A stretch of DNA of 61,256 bases, filler included, from Aduncisulcus paluster (GCA_024181965.1; 6 parts of 6 records of this genome joined end to end with filler, not necessarily neighbours in it); one strand, 5' to 3'; shown: positions 25,371 to 37,830, numbered from the whole stretch's first letter. Program-made: numbers and translations. Notes: a model not told the origin generated them from the letters alone.

Positions 25371-25476
25371 ATACTATAATGCGGTCCAATTTATTAATAA
25401 ACAGATCTCGAGCGAACCAATCTATTTTTAGAATATCTATGAGAATGGTCACCACATCCTTGTTACATACCCTAAT

Positions 25477-25526
25477 TATATGGTATAATGGGGTCCACCT
25501 CTATATGGTATAATGGGGTCCACCTC
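25477..25526 (+). repeat. Perfect 25-bp tandem duplication
   Basis: TATATGGTATAATGGGGTCCACCTC twice. Confidence 0.9.
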
Positions 25527-25613
25527 TCATATTCTATTTGTAGATCATCGATCCGAACCTTTATTTCAATAAATTCGTAGCATTCAATACATTATTGATC
25601 AATAATTCAGTGG

Positions 25614-25871
25614 ATGTTAAGTGAACAATTCGTTAAACCACCTATGTTGTTTAAATTTGGAGCGTTTTACTTCCAAAAGTTCAGAGAACGCTTCGACAGT
25701 TATCGAGCTCTTGGGGGAACGGCCCCACTTGTCGTCCTCATCCAACCAGACATAAGGACTATTTATGAGAATGTGTGCGACTGCCTACTCCCCGAATCTG
25801 AAGTTTCCGATGGTGCCGGATGTGAAGAAGAGGAACGGAGTTTCTTGAACTTCGGTCTGAGTAATATATAA
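25614..25871 (+). mobile_element. Gag N-terminal fragment
   Basis: F...FDSYRALGGTA.L..LI..DI..IYENVC...LP aligns by eye with the gag at 30942 (YEQYRARHGTA....LIDLDILSIYEDVC..KLP). Confidence 0.55.
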
Positions 25872-26006
25872 GTAACTTTACAACAGTAACATGAAGTAAA
25901 ATTTACTCTTCAATTTAACAGTAAATTTTACTTCATTACGCTGAGTAAAAAAGTTTTTTGTTACTCAATTCGGAGTAAATCTGGAGTAAAGTGCGCGACC
26001 ATGTAC

Positions 26007-26291
26007 TTTAAAGAATTTCGAGTATATTCTGGCGGGGAGACATTTTACAGTTTATACAGATCACAAGGATCTGATTTATTTGTTGAAAGCTCCATCCGCT
26101 GTGACAGGCTTAGTAAAGCGCAGACAAATTTACTTAAGAATAAACACAAGAACCGAAACTCCTAAAAATATGATATAATATAAGGTTTTACACCGCGAAG
26201 ATGATCCGATGGGGGGGACAATTCATCTTCTCTTTTGATTTTGATTCATGTCCCAGGTGAAAGTAATTCTATTGCTGATTTTTTGTCAAGG
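26007..26291 (+). mobile_element. Split gypsy RNase H fragment
   Basis: LKNFEYILAGRHFTVYTDHKDLIYLLK, then after unrelated DNA, LIHVPGESNSIADFLSR. Confidence 0.7.
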
Positions 26292-26796
26292 TTGTGGATA
26301 GAACAGCATGATGAGAAGATTAATGCTAGTGCAGTAGTTATTCTAAAGGAAGAGGATGATAACGGTCTTGGATGCTTCTCATAACAAATATGATATGTAA
26401 TTGCTTCCGTACTGTTAAGAGTTTGTTTCACATATTTCGCAGTAATATTGAGTAAAATGTTCAATGTGATCGATATTAATTGGAATATTTGTTTTGAAAT
26501 CTTTTTCAATCAATGAAATGACATCATCTTTTTTTGTTGATTTTTCCAATCTTTTAATTCTTTTATATTTTTGCCAAATATCTAATAATTCGAATTGCAT
26601 TTCTTATCTTTTCTTCAAATTAATAGAAATCTTGAAAAAAATAAAAATACTATTTTTATTGGTATTCAGTTTTCGCTGTAAATATCTTGATGATACGGAA
26701 AAGTGGGTGTCGATGAAGGAAATTATTGGGTTAATCGTGTCTTGGAATTCGAGAAATAAAAGCATACATAGCTTTTAACATCATGGTCTCCACAGA

Positions 26797-26982
26797 TTAT
26801 TTTGTCATTAACCGAACGTTATGAAGATGGACAACTGAAGAAAAACGTTCTACAGCGGCGCCAGACATCGGAATTGTAGACATCAATTTTCTCACTAATT
26901 CCAGATGAATTAATTCAGTTTTCCTTTTTTCTGGTTTGTCTTTGCAATAAACTTTTAATTGTCTTCTTGCTTGCGGTGACAA
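26797..26982 (-). mobile_element. hAT transposase dimerization-domain fragment
   Basis: LVRKLMSTIPMSGAAVERFSS. Confidence 0.6.
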
Positions 26983-27470
26983 GGGAATGTGAAGCCTTTT
27001 TAGGCCCTGTTCAATTTTATCTGGATCCTTTGATTGAATTGGCTCCGGTTGTCATGTTTGTCATTTTGAAGGATCCATGGCAATAACGAGTAATAAATAC
27101 AAAGAGATTCATTTTATATCTTTGTAATCAATTTATATGATTTTCTTGAGGTTTTAGATCCCATCCAGTCACCTTCTATTTTTCTCACGAAGTTATTGAT
27201 TTTGCTATAGGCACCATAAGATGGGACATCTTGCTGAGCGCTCTTCAATGCATCTATTGCAAATGGAATGAACTCTTTTTCAAAGACTTTTTTGTATGAA
27301 TAGTAAGTATCCTCCATTCTTTAAGAACTCTATACAACTTTTTGTTCGTTCTATCTGCTTTATAGCCTTCAAGTAATCGTAGTATGTCTTAAACTTTTCC
27401 ATAAGTTTTCACTGCTGAAATTGTCACAGATGTTGTACTTTCGTCCTCCCTAATCTCACTGATAAGGTCA

Positions 27471-27683
27471 TCACTCACCTTGGAGACCAGTTGCTCTACC
27501 AACTCCCTGACATAATATCTCCAATTTTCTACTCGCAGGCATTTCCGCTTCACTTTTATCACATTCTTCGGAGAATCGATCCTGTAAAACCCTTGAGGGA
27601 TTAATTCCTCTCAGCATCTCAAATGGGGTGCATCCGATGGACTTATGAAAGGTTGTTAATGATGATTTGCACCACCGGTACAT
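27471..27683 (-). mobile_element. Gypsy integrase core C-terminal fragment
   Basis: TTFHKSIGCTPFEMLRG fits the N...H.S.G.TPFE...G motif. Confidence 0.55.
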
Positions 27684-27759
27684 ATACGGTCCATTTGTTC
27701 TCCAGCATCAAATCCAAAAATATTCCTCGTCATCGTTACTGGATAGGCTTTTTATGGTA

Positions 27760-28312
27760 TAGTGGCATACTTTGAAATCGTGACGTACTGTATGACTGGG
27801 TACGTGAAAAATTTTAGGTACGTGGGTACAAGAGAATATCTAGATGAAAGAGTGAAAGCTTTAGAAAGAAATGCCAATTATTTCAAAGAATCTTGTTTCT
27901 TTCTTTCACTTGATGTGTTGCGAACTTCCGAATCACCAACACGATTTGGCGTTTTCACCGTTTTTGAGAAAGGTTGTGTGAAGATTCTCAAGGATTCAAC
28001 CTCCTCAGGAATAATTCCCTACACTCAAAAGGCTCTCAAAGGAAAAGCCTTGACTTATCTTTCTATTCCTCCATCTGGAGCCCAAGTTGAAAGAGTTTTC
28101 TCAACTTATAATGATGTGTTGGATAAGAAAAGGATGAGGATGAGCCAAAAAACAAAGGAAATGTGCCTTATTAGTGCTTCAAATGGTAAAAAATAAACTG
28201 AATTACCGAATATAACTTATTATCTTTGAAAATATTAGGTACGACAGATAGGTACGTGAAAATTTACTCAGGTACGTGGCAAAGTACGTGAAAACAAAAT
28301 GTTGGTACGCCA
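27760..28312 (+). mobile_element. Internally deleted hAT element
   Basis: ALTYLSIPPSGAQVERVFSTYNDVLDKKRMRM dimerization motif; GTACGTG motifs clustered at both ends; imperfect termini TAGTGGCATAC / GTACGCCA. Confidence 0.65.
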
Positions 28313-28313
28313 T

Positions 28314-30445
28314 GATTTCAAAGTATGGGCTATATTGGATACAGGAGCAGTGTTCAATATCATTTCTGAACGGATCTACAGAGACTTGTGCTTAAAAGAG
28401 AAGCTAAAATTGCAACCTTGTAATTTGGAACTAATATTGGGCGACGGTAAGACTATTAGGGCCTTGGGAAAGGTGAATCTTAAGGTTCGAACGGATTACC
28501 CGGATTCTAGAGGTTGTCTCTCCTTTAGAGAGGAATTTGTTGTGCTAAAAATGGAGTCTGGAACTCCATGTCAAGTCTTTATTGGTTATAGGACCATTAG
28601 TGAAAAGGATTTATTTCTCTTTATGAAAAAACCTAACATACCAAGCGATTCGGTGATCTCTGACATTGAATGCGAGGATTGGTTGTGGGAGCCCAAAGAG
28701 AGACTTCCAGAGGAAGAATCTACACTATTAATGGGGTTCACAGTACCCAAGAGTAGGGCGGATGAATTTAAGGAGATTTTAGAGTACTTTACTAAACCTT
28801 ATGAAGGTGTGAGGAAAAGCATTCCACCATTGGTGATTCGACTCCAATCGGGGAAGGAATTCAAGACTAAGACTTTTCGAAGGATCCCTCGAGCAAGGAA
28901 GGAGTTCTTGGAAGAGGAAATTAAGTCGTTACTTGCAGAGAAAATAATTATTAAAAGCAAGAGTCCAGTTTTCAGTCCAATTGTAATCGTGCCAAAAAAA
29001 GGGAATAAGCTTAGATTATGTATTGACTTCAGGGATTTGAACAATATTACCGTTCCGTACCCTCACCCTCTGCCGAGATTAGATGACTGTTTGGAAGATC
29101 TGGGTGGAATGACCTTATTTGGAACTTTGGATTTGTCCAAGGGATTTCATCAAGTACCGCTGGACCATGAAACTGCTCATTTGACAGCTTTCCGAACTCC
29201 TGCGGGTCTTTTTCAATATATAATGATGTCGTTTGGTCTAGTCAACGCTCCCGCCCATTTTCAGTTTGTAATGAACAAAATATTCGATGGTTTGATGGGG
29301 AAAGCGTGTATTGTCTATATTGATGATGTTTCATTTTTGGGAGAGATATTAACCACTTCATTGAAAATTTATCACTGGTTTTCGACAGAACCAAAGAATA
29401 CGGTTTGGTTTTAAACAAGAGGAAATGCCTCATTGGATTTGTTAGATTCTCATGATCTATTTTTAGATCAGAGTCTCCATCTGTTTTATTTTCAATAAAT
29501 TTGATTGCTTTAAAAAAGTTTTCGACAGGATTTGAAACTGTGGAGTTTTTAGGTTTCTTACTATCGAAAAAGGGGCGAGTAATATCGCCGGCAAGAACAA
29601 AAGCCATCCTGGAGATGGCCAGACCTTCAAACAAAACAGATGTGTGGAGTTTTCTTGGACTCCTGAACTTCATCAGAGACTTTGTTCCAGACTGTTCTGG
29701 CCTGTGTTATAAACTCTATAAACTGACGGAGAAAGATAAGCGATTTGAATGGTCGAAGGAATTGGAAGAAGATTTTTTAAGGATAAAGTCAATAATTAAA
29801 AATGCTGTACCTTTGGCATACCCAGACGACTCGCAAGAACTCCATATATTTACGGACGCTTCTGATTACGGAATCGGAGGAATCTTGGTCCAGACAGTGC
29901 CCGGTGGAACATTTAGCCCACTGGCATTTGTTTCGAAAATACTCAATTCGACACAACTGAGATGGTCCACATTCGAAAAGGAGGCGTGGGCAATTGTGTT
30001 TGCTATATCGAAACTCGACTACTTTCTAAGAGGCAGACATTTTCATCTGCACACAGATCATAGGAATCTGACGTTTTTGAAGAGTTCTCCAAATGCCAAA
30101 GTGGGCCGGTGGTTTTTAACAATATCTGAATATTCATTTGATATCCATCATATCGCTGGTGCAAGGAATGGAGCCGCTGATTGCCTTTCAAGACTGCCAA
30201 TTAATCGAGGACCGTTTGCTGCGATACAGATCTGTAAGTTAAAGGACGGAGGAATATTTAAGGAATTAAAAGAGTTACTATCTAAATTCCCTCCTTCTGG
30301 TGAGTATACGACGAACTCAGACGGTTTAATGATGGTGGATGAAACGTCATTGTATATTCCAGAAACTCCCGATTTCCGGAAGAAACTATTTACTTGGGCT
30401 CACTCGAGCTTGATCGGAGGTCACAAAGGAATCAACAGCACTCTA
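28314..30445 (+). mobile_element. Disrupted Ty3/gypsy pol (protease-RT-RNase H-start of integrase)
   Basis: LDTGA; SPIVIVPKK..LRLCIDFRDLN; LDLSKGFHQ; FGLVNAPA; YIDD; TDASDYGIGG; TDHRNL; ADCLSR; H....GHKG. There is a frameshift near 29335 and an insertion at 29442-29527. Confidence 0.93.
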
Positions 30446-30941
30446 AAATTTTTAGTATTATCCGAGTCGTTTCAAAATAGTAATTTATATAATACAATAA
30501 AAAATTCTTTATTAAAAATAAGCTTATATCTCCGAATTTTAAATTCCCAAAAAACAACAACTCATTGGATGCATACATCTCAGAACTCAATCTGTCGCTA
30601 TTGCATTGGGTGACCTTCAATACCATGATTTCTATGAAATATCATATCTTCTTCCTTGTTTATCCTCAAAGAATGGTTTAGATGAATGTTTTGTTTATGC
30701 GACGACATATAAAGCGCACTATCATAGCTTATTAAGTAGAAATTACCGTTCGTGGATAGATGATCACAATTCGACGATAAATCTCATTGTAAGTCTTTAA
30801 AAGAAACATCGAAGGAAATAATTAAATGTGGTGATTCAAAAACAGCAGTATGTATTCATATGTTTCCTCAACACTTTAAGGAGATGATGTAATGATATGG
30901 GACACCACAGGTCATCGACTCTGATCTGGATGAGAGACTAA

Positions 30942-31890
30942 ATGGATTCATCTCACACAATTCTTCTTCTAATGCTCGAAGAAATCTTGTACCACTTGGG
31001 ATCAAGGTTCAAAACAAACTCCGATTATGTGAACCTTCTGCTTGCTCTTTTTGAATCTGCTTACGAACAATACCGAGCACGACATGGTACTGCTGACATG
31101 TATACTCTGATTGATTTGGATATCTTATCCATCTACGAAGACGTTTGTCATGTTAAGTTACCTAATCCCGAGGATATGACTCCTGAAGAAGTTCGAGCCT
31201 CTGAGTCTACTTTTGTTGAGGCTGTTTCATCTTTCTTTGGGAAATTATCTGGACTTGATGCCCTTTACCGTTTCGAGAAGCTGAAAAAGCTGTAGTCATT
31301 TACGTTAAACAATTCCAAAAGACGATTCGACTGGCTGAGGAAGAACGACCCTCTCCTGCTCTGACGAAGAAGTATTTTCTTCAAGGGATCAGTGTCGACT
31401 CTTTTCGTACAAGAGTTGAGGCAGCACTGGACCGGATAGAGAATCCTGACTTATCTACTCTGACTGAAACCATCTTCACGCAACAAAGCATCGTATCGGA
31501 GGGGATCGAAGATTTTCAAAGATATGTACCCTCTAAGAGATATGCTCTTGTTGCTCGTGACGAGGTTTCAAGGAATCTTATGAAGCCCAAACCCATGACT
31601 CCCTGCCATCATAATCGGGACAGGAATATGTCGAAGGTTAAATGTTTCAAATGTAAAGGGTTTGAACATTATAAGCGTGACTGCCCTGGTACTACTCATT
31701 CATTCAAGGCCCTGCAGGTATCTGATCATGATAGACCTATTCTGCCTGTGAAAATACTTGATTCGCAAGGCAATGATGTACAATCAACCAAGACACTTCT
31801 AGACTCTGGTGAATCCATATCTTTTGCTTCTAAAACTTTCATAGAAACCCTGAAAGAGATGTTCGTAATAAGTATATTTCAAATGGAATC
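30942..31890 (+). mobile_element. Degenerate gag-protease of a second LTR retrotransposon
   Basis: Gag-like ORF pieces, zinc knuckle CFKCKGFEHYKRDC and aspartyl protease LLDSG; interrupted by stops and frameshifts. Confidence 0.75.
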
Positions 31891-32369
31891 AGCTCCAATA
31901 CGTCTTTCAACGCGAGCCATTGTTCAGAGTCGTCCATGTAATGCACCAACACTTCCAGCCTCCTTCCGACGAATAGGTGGTCAGAAATCAGAGTAATGGG
32001 CCAGGCTACCGTGTCGGCAGACCTGCAGGCTTTCAAATCGTCTAGGGTATGGCTCCCTAGAACGTGGAACATGTTGGAGTGTGGGACAGAAAACGTCTCC
32101 TTATTCAATAAATCCTTCAATTTGTATTTATATCTTGATACGACCTCTACAATTTGAAAAGGACCAAGGAGCATTGGTTGAAGGCCTCGACCAGCGGACT
32201 GGTTCTTGATCCAGACAAAGTCATCTTTCTTGAAAGCAGCCCCAGTGTCGAACTTTTCAAACTGTTTCCTCTGGATTGTATGCTGCCTCTCCCGACATGT
32301 GTCATGTAGCTTGGTTAAGCTACTATCAGATAAATCATCCACATACGTTTTGTAAGTCATTGCCGTCAA
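31839..32369 (-). mobile_element. Gypsy integrase C-terminus (GPF/Y motif plus degenerate chromo-like domain)
   Basis: FKKDDFVWIK...LGPFQIVEVV..YKYKL; then ISDH...LEVLVHY.D.SEQW. Confidence 0.7.
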
Positions 32370-32374
32370 ACATA

Positions 32375-32450
32375 CTGCTCAATGGTTATGATTCCTGGTC
32401 ATACTTCCTTAAACAATTTCAGCGCGCGGGTTCGAATCCCGACTTTCTCA
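32375..32450 (+). pseudogene. tRNA-like relic
   Basis: A-box-like TGCTCAATGG, perfect B-box GGTTCGAATCC inside a CGGG/CCCG stem, followed by a T-run. Confidence 0.5.
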
Positions 32451-32673
32451 TATTTTTACCAAAATCCTTATTTTTGGTTAACTTCCTTAGCACTGCCTTA
32501 GAACCGTGTAATTCCCTCTAGTTCCCTTTCTAGCCATTATATTATTCCTTTTTCCTTGATCTTTTACCTTAAATTAAGCAATTTCTTCATTCCCTTCCCC
32601 CCTCTCCTTCTGGGGTGTTATTACTGGTTGTGGTGATCACCTTTAGATATCCAATCATGAAAATATTAAAATG

Positions 32674-32746
32674 TCATATATGGTTCAGTTGGTATGGCAG
32701 CTGCCTGCTGTACTGCTAGTCCTGGGTTCAAGTCCCAGGAGATGTA
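32674..32746 (+). pseudogene. Degenerate tRNA pseudogene or tRNA-derived element
   Basis: Canonical 73-nt spacing, A-box TGGTTCAGTTGG, perfect T-arm CTGGG-TTCAAGT-CCCAG and a TTTT terminator. The acceptor and anticodon stems are mismatched. Confidence 0.6.
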
Positions 32747-32760
32747 TTTTATTAACGTAC

Positions 32761-33047
32761 TGTAAGGTACTGTAGCTTGTCATGAGGGATGACATGACAA
32801 GCATTATGACCATTGAAGTCTATTAAAGTAAATTTGCTACAGCCACAAGTATTTTTATTGTTATTCACCACACTGGGAATAATATCCAGATAAATAATAA
32901 AATTGTGCTAACGCTAAGGTACAATTTATTTAATAAAAACAAACAAGGTTCATCTATAAATAGGTATCTATAATTAGACGGTGAGAACAATAATAATAAT
33001 AATAATAACAATAATAATAATAATAATAATAATTCTACGTCACAACA
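32761..33047 (-). mobile_element. Candidate 3' LTR containing an (AAT)n microsatellite
   Basis: On the minus strand, polypurine tract AGAAGAGGGGAA (33062-33051) is followed by TGTTGTG... and ends ...CCTTACA. It lies downstream of the minus-strand integrase. No partner LTR is present in the window. Confidence 0.35.
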
Positions 33048-34239
33048 CCATTCCCCTCTTCTGGATTATTGAATAAATATTTTATCGATTTTTTGGACAA
33101 ATACTCGAGATTATTAACTAAAAATCTGATCCGAATTTTGTGCAAATATTTGAAATTTTTCATCAAAAATTTTTATGAATTTTTGTACAATAATTTTATG
33201 AAGGTCACGTGCCCATCGGAGTGGATGGTTTCCGTCGTTGATGGAACGTCGGCTGGTAGGGTTCAACCGGAAATAATATTATATATATATATATATAATA
33301 TAATTGTCTATTAACACCATATAGTATTTCTTTCGAAAGTTCATTCCGACTACCGAATATTCTTTCGACAGCGTTTGTCTTGCATAAATGATAAATCCAC
33401 GCCAAAATCTTCATTTTAAAGTTCTTATAAGATAAAAGGATTCTTTAATTCTCCTTTTATGATGTTTGATTGTGTTCATAATTCTTTCTGAATTTGGCTT
33501 CTTTTCTGACGATACTATCAAGGGAACCCTCAATATCCTTCTAATTACTTCTTCTTCTTCTCCCTTTTTCTCTTTTTCTCCTCTTCAAGATCTATCAGCT
33601 CCTCTAATTCACTCCAACCTTCTTTGTAGATATCGAGGGCTTCTGTNNNNNNNNNNNNNNNNNNNNGAAGGTCACGTGCCCATCGGAGTGGATGGTTTCC
33701 GTCGTTGATGGAACGTCGGCTGGTAGGGTTCAACCGGAAATAATATTATATATATATATATATAATATAATTGTCTATTAACACCATATAGTATTTCTTT
33801 CGAAAGTTCATTCCGACTACCGAATATTCTTTCGACAGCGTTTGTCTTGCATAAATGATAAATCCACGCCAAAATCTTCATTTTAAAGTTCTTATAAGAT
33901 AAAAGGATTCTTTAATTCTCCTTTTATGATGTTTGATTGTGTTCATAATTCTTTCTGAATTTGGCTTCTTTTCTGACGATACTATCAAGGGAACCCTCAA
34001 TATCCTTCTAATTACTTCTTCTTCTTCTCCCTTTTTCTCTTTTTCTCCTCTTCAAGATCTATCAGCTCCTCTAATTCACTCCAACCTTCTTTGTAGATAT
34101 CGAGGGCTTCTGTTCCTTTAAGGTTGTCGAGAGGTTCCCAAGTCGCGTCTACACTATCATATCCCTNNNNNNNNNNNNNNNNNNNNATTTGGCTTCTTTT
34201 CTGACGATACTATCAAGGGAACCCTCAATATCCTTCTAA

Positions 34240-35000
34240 TTACTTCTTCTTCTTCTCCCTTTTTCTCTTTTTCTCCTCTTCAAGATCTATCAGCTCCTCT
34301 AATTCACTCCAACCTTCTTTGTAGATATCGAGGGCTTCTGTTCCTTTAAGGTTGTCGAGAGGTTCCCAAGTCGCGTCTACACTATCATATCCCTCCCAAA
34401 CAACTTTAAACATTACTGTGGAATCTGATTTTTCTGGATTGTAATGATAGTGTTCTATTATCTTTTCTATCACGAACTCATCATCATCTGCCGCCGCCAT
34501 CGCCCTGATTTGCTCCCTATCCTGTTTCCCCCACACCTTGAATAAACGATTAATGCTGATCTCAAGGATTCTATTGTCGCTTGGATGTTCAATCCTCCAG
34601 ACTGCTTCTGAAATCTTTTCCACGACTTCCCAAGGTCCTCTGACTTTTGATTGCAGCTTGGTTGTTCTGGCTTTAGGTCGGAAGAAGACAAAATCGTGAA
34701 CTTTCAGGTCTGTGTGTTCACATAGCTGTTCACGAGCAGCGGCATCCTCTTCCAATCGGAGTTTCACCTCTTCGTGAATGTCTGTGAGCTCCTTTTGGAG
34801 AGACTGAAGATATTCTACATATTTGGTTTGAATATCTTCCCTTGGTTCCTCCATAGTCAGGCAACGAGCTGTTGCTCCGAAGACTATTTCATGCGGAGAC
34901 CGTTTCAATAAAGAGTGTTTGGCATTATTCATGTGATGTTGGATAATTGGTAAGGCCTTCACCCAGTCAACTCTCTCCCATCCTTCATGGATCAAAATGA
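34240..35000 (-). mobile_element. Chromovirus integrase C-terminus with chromodomain; 5'-partial
   Basis: W...LP.IQ..MNNAKHS....SPHEIVFG; KLQSKVRGPWEVV; FVIEKIIEH...FKVVWEGYDSVDATWEPLDNL. Confidence 0.9.
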
Positions 35001-35100
35001 NNNNNNNNNNNNNNNNNNNNNNNNNNNNNNNNNNNNNNNNNNNNTTAATTAATTAANNNNNNNNNNNNNNNNNNNNNNNNNNNNNNNNNNNNNNNNNNNN
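35001..35100. other. Artificial scaffold linker
   Basis: N-TTAATTAATTAA-N. Confidence 0.97.
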
Positions 35101-37532
35101 GTGATAATACAACAGCAGATATTGTGTGTGCCCATCTCAAATCATCGGAAGCAATGGCATTAAGAGCAAGTGTTTGTTTATCTCTATGCCTTTTGTTCAG
35201 ACACTGTGTGCTTGATGTGCTTCCTAAATCTCACCCACTTTGTCACATTCTCTCGCTCCTTCTGTCATCTCTCACCTCTCTCTTCTCTCTTCATCTCTCT
35301 CCATACAGCATCTCACGAATTGAGGCCATTATTACGCATATCAAATCGCTTTCATGTGGCAGTTCAGACCCTATCGATGTCCGCAACTCTGTAAAGCAAC
35401 TTCCGGTTGTTCAGGATTTATTCGAGAGATTCATTGGACCCGTCATTAGCTTGTCCCATTCCGACCCCCATATTCCTTTCCTCTTGATGATCTTCTCTGC
35501 TGTGTCGTCGGCTATCTGCCGGATGGGTTCTCGTGTCCCCACGGGATTTATGCATAGTGACCTTGCTTTTGGAGAATATGGCAATGACGAAGAGGAGGTG
35601 TTTATTTGCTCATCCTCCCATTTCGCTGCAATGTCCACGACAGCTCTATGTTCATTGTCCGTATCCACCCCCGTCTTCCTTGGGAATGTTGCCCTGTCTT
35701 GTCTGATGCGTATGTGTCTCAATCATCGTTTGTACAATCCACAGCACACCCTGGAATACATGGATTCCACTCCCGACATTGTTTGCTCTAAATGTATCCA
35801 GAAAGACATTTTCCAAAGCGATACTCAACGTGGAAAGAGCAGTGAGAGTGGAGCTGAAGAGTTGTTGTTCTTATGTATGCTCTTTTCAGAGGAACTAATC
35901 TGGGGTAGGCAGCCAGAGCAACCAAAGCCACATTCTCATGCACAAGTGACTAGTCCTCCCAACACGTACGAAGCATGTTCTACTCGGAAATCGCGTGATT
36001 TATTCATATTTAGTTTATTGTCGCACACTTTATCAATATTTTCAATGAAAGTTCCTGCAATCGTGGAACATGTGGGAGCCGTGTTGGATGCATGTGTGAT
36101 GGTAGCTTTGAGCAAGATGTTATCTGTCAAGAAGCCTAAACACGAGTATCAAATGAAAGATCAACCAATGAACATCCCGTTGCCTGCATTTATTAGCTCA
36201 TCGATAGTCTCTTTCCATCTCTCTCCCTATTTATACTCTCTTGAGGTCTCGTATGGCGCTATCACTGGATTTTTGTCTCTGTGCGATGGATTACCAACTC
36301 GCCAAGAGCTATATGGAGCCTGTGTACGGTTCTTATTCCGGATCCAGAGTATCTCCAATATGACCCTTGTCCCCCCTCCCCTCATATTCGATCCCCACAC
36401 ACATATTCGACCCACAAACATCAAGTCTCCCCTTGTATCTGGCCCTGATGCTATCACCCTCCCTGGGCCCCCTCCCTTGCACTTCCCTCCTCTTCTCGTT
36501 GCTCACACACAAGGAGAGATGGAGGCAAGGAAGGGTGTGATTACCACTGGAGAAGTCAGACAAAGCACTTTGCAAGAACATGTTAGAGCCATGGTTCCAG
36601 TGATGTGTTGTATCTGGGGATCTATCGAGAATGCCGGTTGTTTCTTGTTTGCTGGAATTCAAATTGCCCCTTCCTTGTCGACTCACTCCATCCATATGCT
36701 TTTGCACCTTATTGAGCTCATTAAGTGTAAGATTAGGGCACAGACAATGATCAGACGGATATTGGACACCACTGCGGCTGCCTTAGGCTTTGGAGGGATC
36801 CGCCCTTCGTTCTTCCCGGCGGCTCTTTCTTCCTCTCCTTCCGCCCATGATTTTGTTCTCAAGAGTCTTGTTGAGTCCATGACATATTACTCCTCAAAAT
36901 TATCTTTCTCAAAGACAAAAATAGCATCTCACAGAAGAATGAATGATATTTCAGTGGATACGAGTGGATATACCCTGAGAAATGATTTGGCTGCTTCACA
37001 TCTTGATTTTTCATCAGACTATTCTTATTTATTGCCATACAGACCTTTGAATGGTGATTTTATTACTTTTGTTGTCGGAATTCTATTTTCGGACACTTTC
37101 AATCCAAAACTTCACGACACCCCTCGTCGCAACATATCTCCTGTTTCTGGAAGCACAGGCAAATTGCGTGCAGATCAAATCCGAAGAGGTCTTGACAATA
37201 TCTGGAACCTTGCTCGAGGTGAACAATTTGGTGTTCCCCCACCTCCTTCTCTTCTGTTTGTCTGGGAACTCCTTCTCAAGTTCCTTGGTGGAAGTGATAT
37301 TGGGGATTGTATCATTCTATCCGTATTGCGACCTTTCATCACTTTCTTGGGGCCAAAGGCAATAATTCCACCTTCACATTGGCCAAGCATGAGAAATATG
37401 TTGGTACAATTCGGTACCACTGAAGATACCCCAGTACAAGGAGTTTTGTACGCCATTGATGAAAATCAGAAGAAAGAGGTGGACATGCGGTGTAGAGCAG
37501 CAAAAAGACGAAAACCTTTTGATCGTCGATAA
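35101..37532 (+). CDS. Large hypothetical protein, probably 5'-partial
   Basis: ORF of ~800 codons with coding-like GC content; no motif recognised. Confidence 0.7.
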
Positions 37533-37745
37533 ATTTTTGCAAATGACATAAATATAATTTTATTTTAGATCTTCAAATCCCCATACAATATCATAAGACG
37601 TTGTTTCGTCCTATAAGAATTTGATATCATGATACATTATAAGATAAATAAATTGATTATTAATCACATCATATATTCTATGCTATTTTTGTTTCTGGAT
37701 GATAATTTAAGGTGCTAGAGATCCCTCTAGAAGAGATAGAGAAGA

Positions 37746-37830
37746 CAGGCCTTGATCTAGAGAATGGAAATAGAAAATTTTCCAAAAAAAAGAATGGAAA
37801 TAGAATTTCCATTCTCTAGATCAAGGCCTG
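37746..37830. mobile_element. 85-bp hAT-type MITE
   Basis: Perfect 26-bp TIRs (CAGGCCTTGATCTAGAGAATGGAAAT) and a perfect 8-bp TSD AGAGAAGA at 37738-37745 and 37831-37838. Confidence 0.92.

Noticed and set aside
25477-25526. 25-bp repeat pair as a possible CRISPR array
   Set aside because: Only two adjacent units, no spacer, no cas genes, and a eukaryotic context.
28299-30445. RT as a retron, DGR or group II intron enzyme
   Set aside because: The protease-RT-RNase H-integrase order and motifs are ordinary Ty3/gypsy, with no template/variable repeat pair.
33199-34394. Direct repeats resembling LTRs
   Set aside because: They abut N-gaps 33647-33666 and 34167-34186 and include integrase coding sequence, so they are assembly duplicates.
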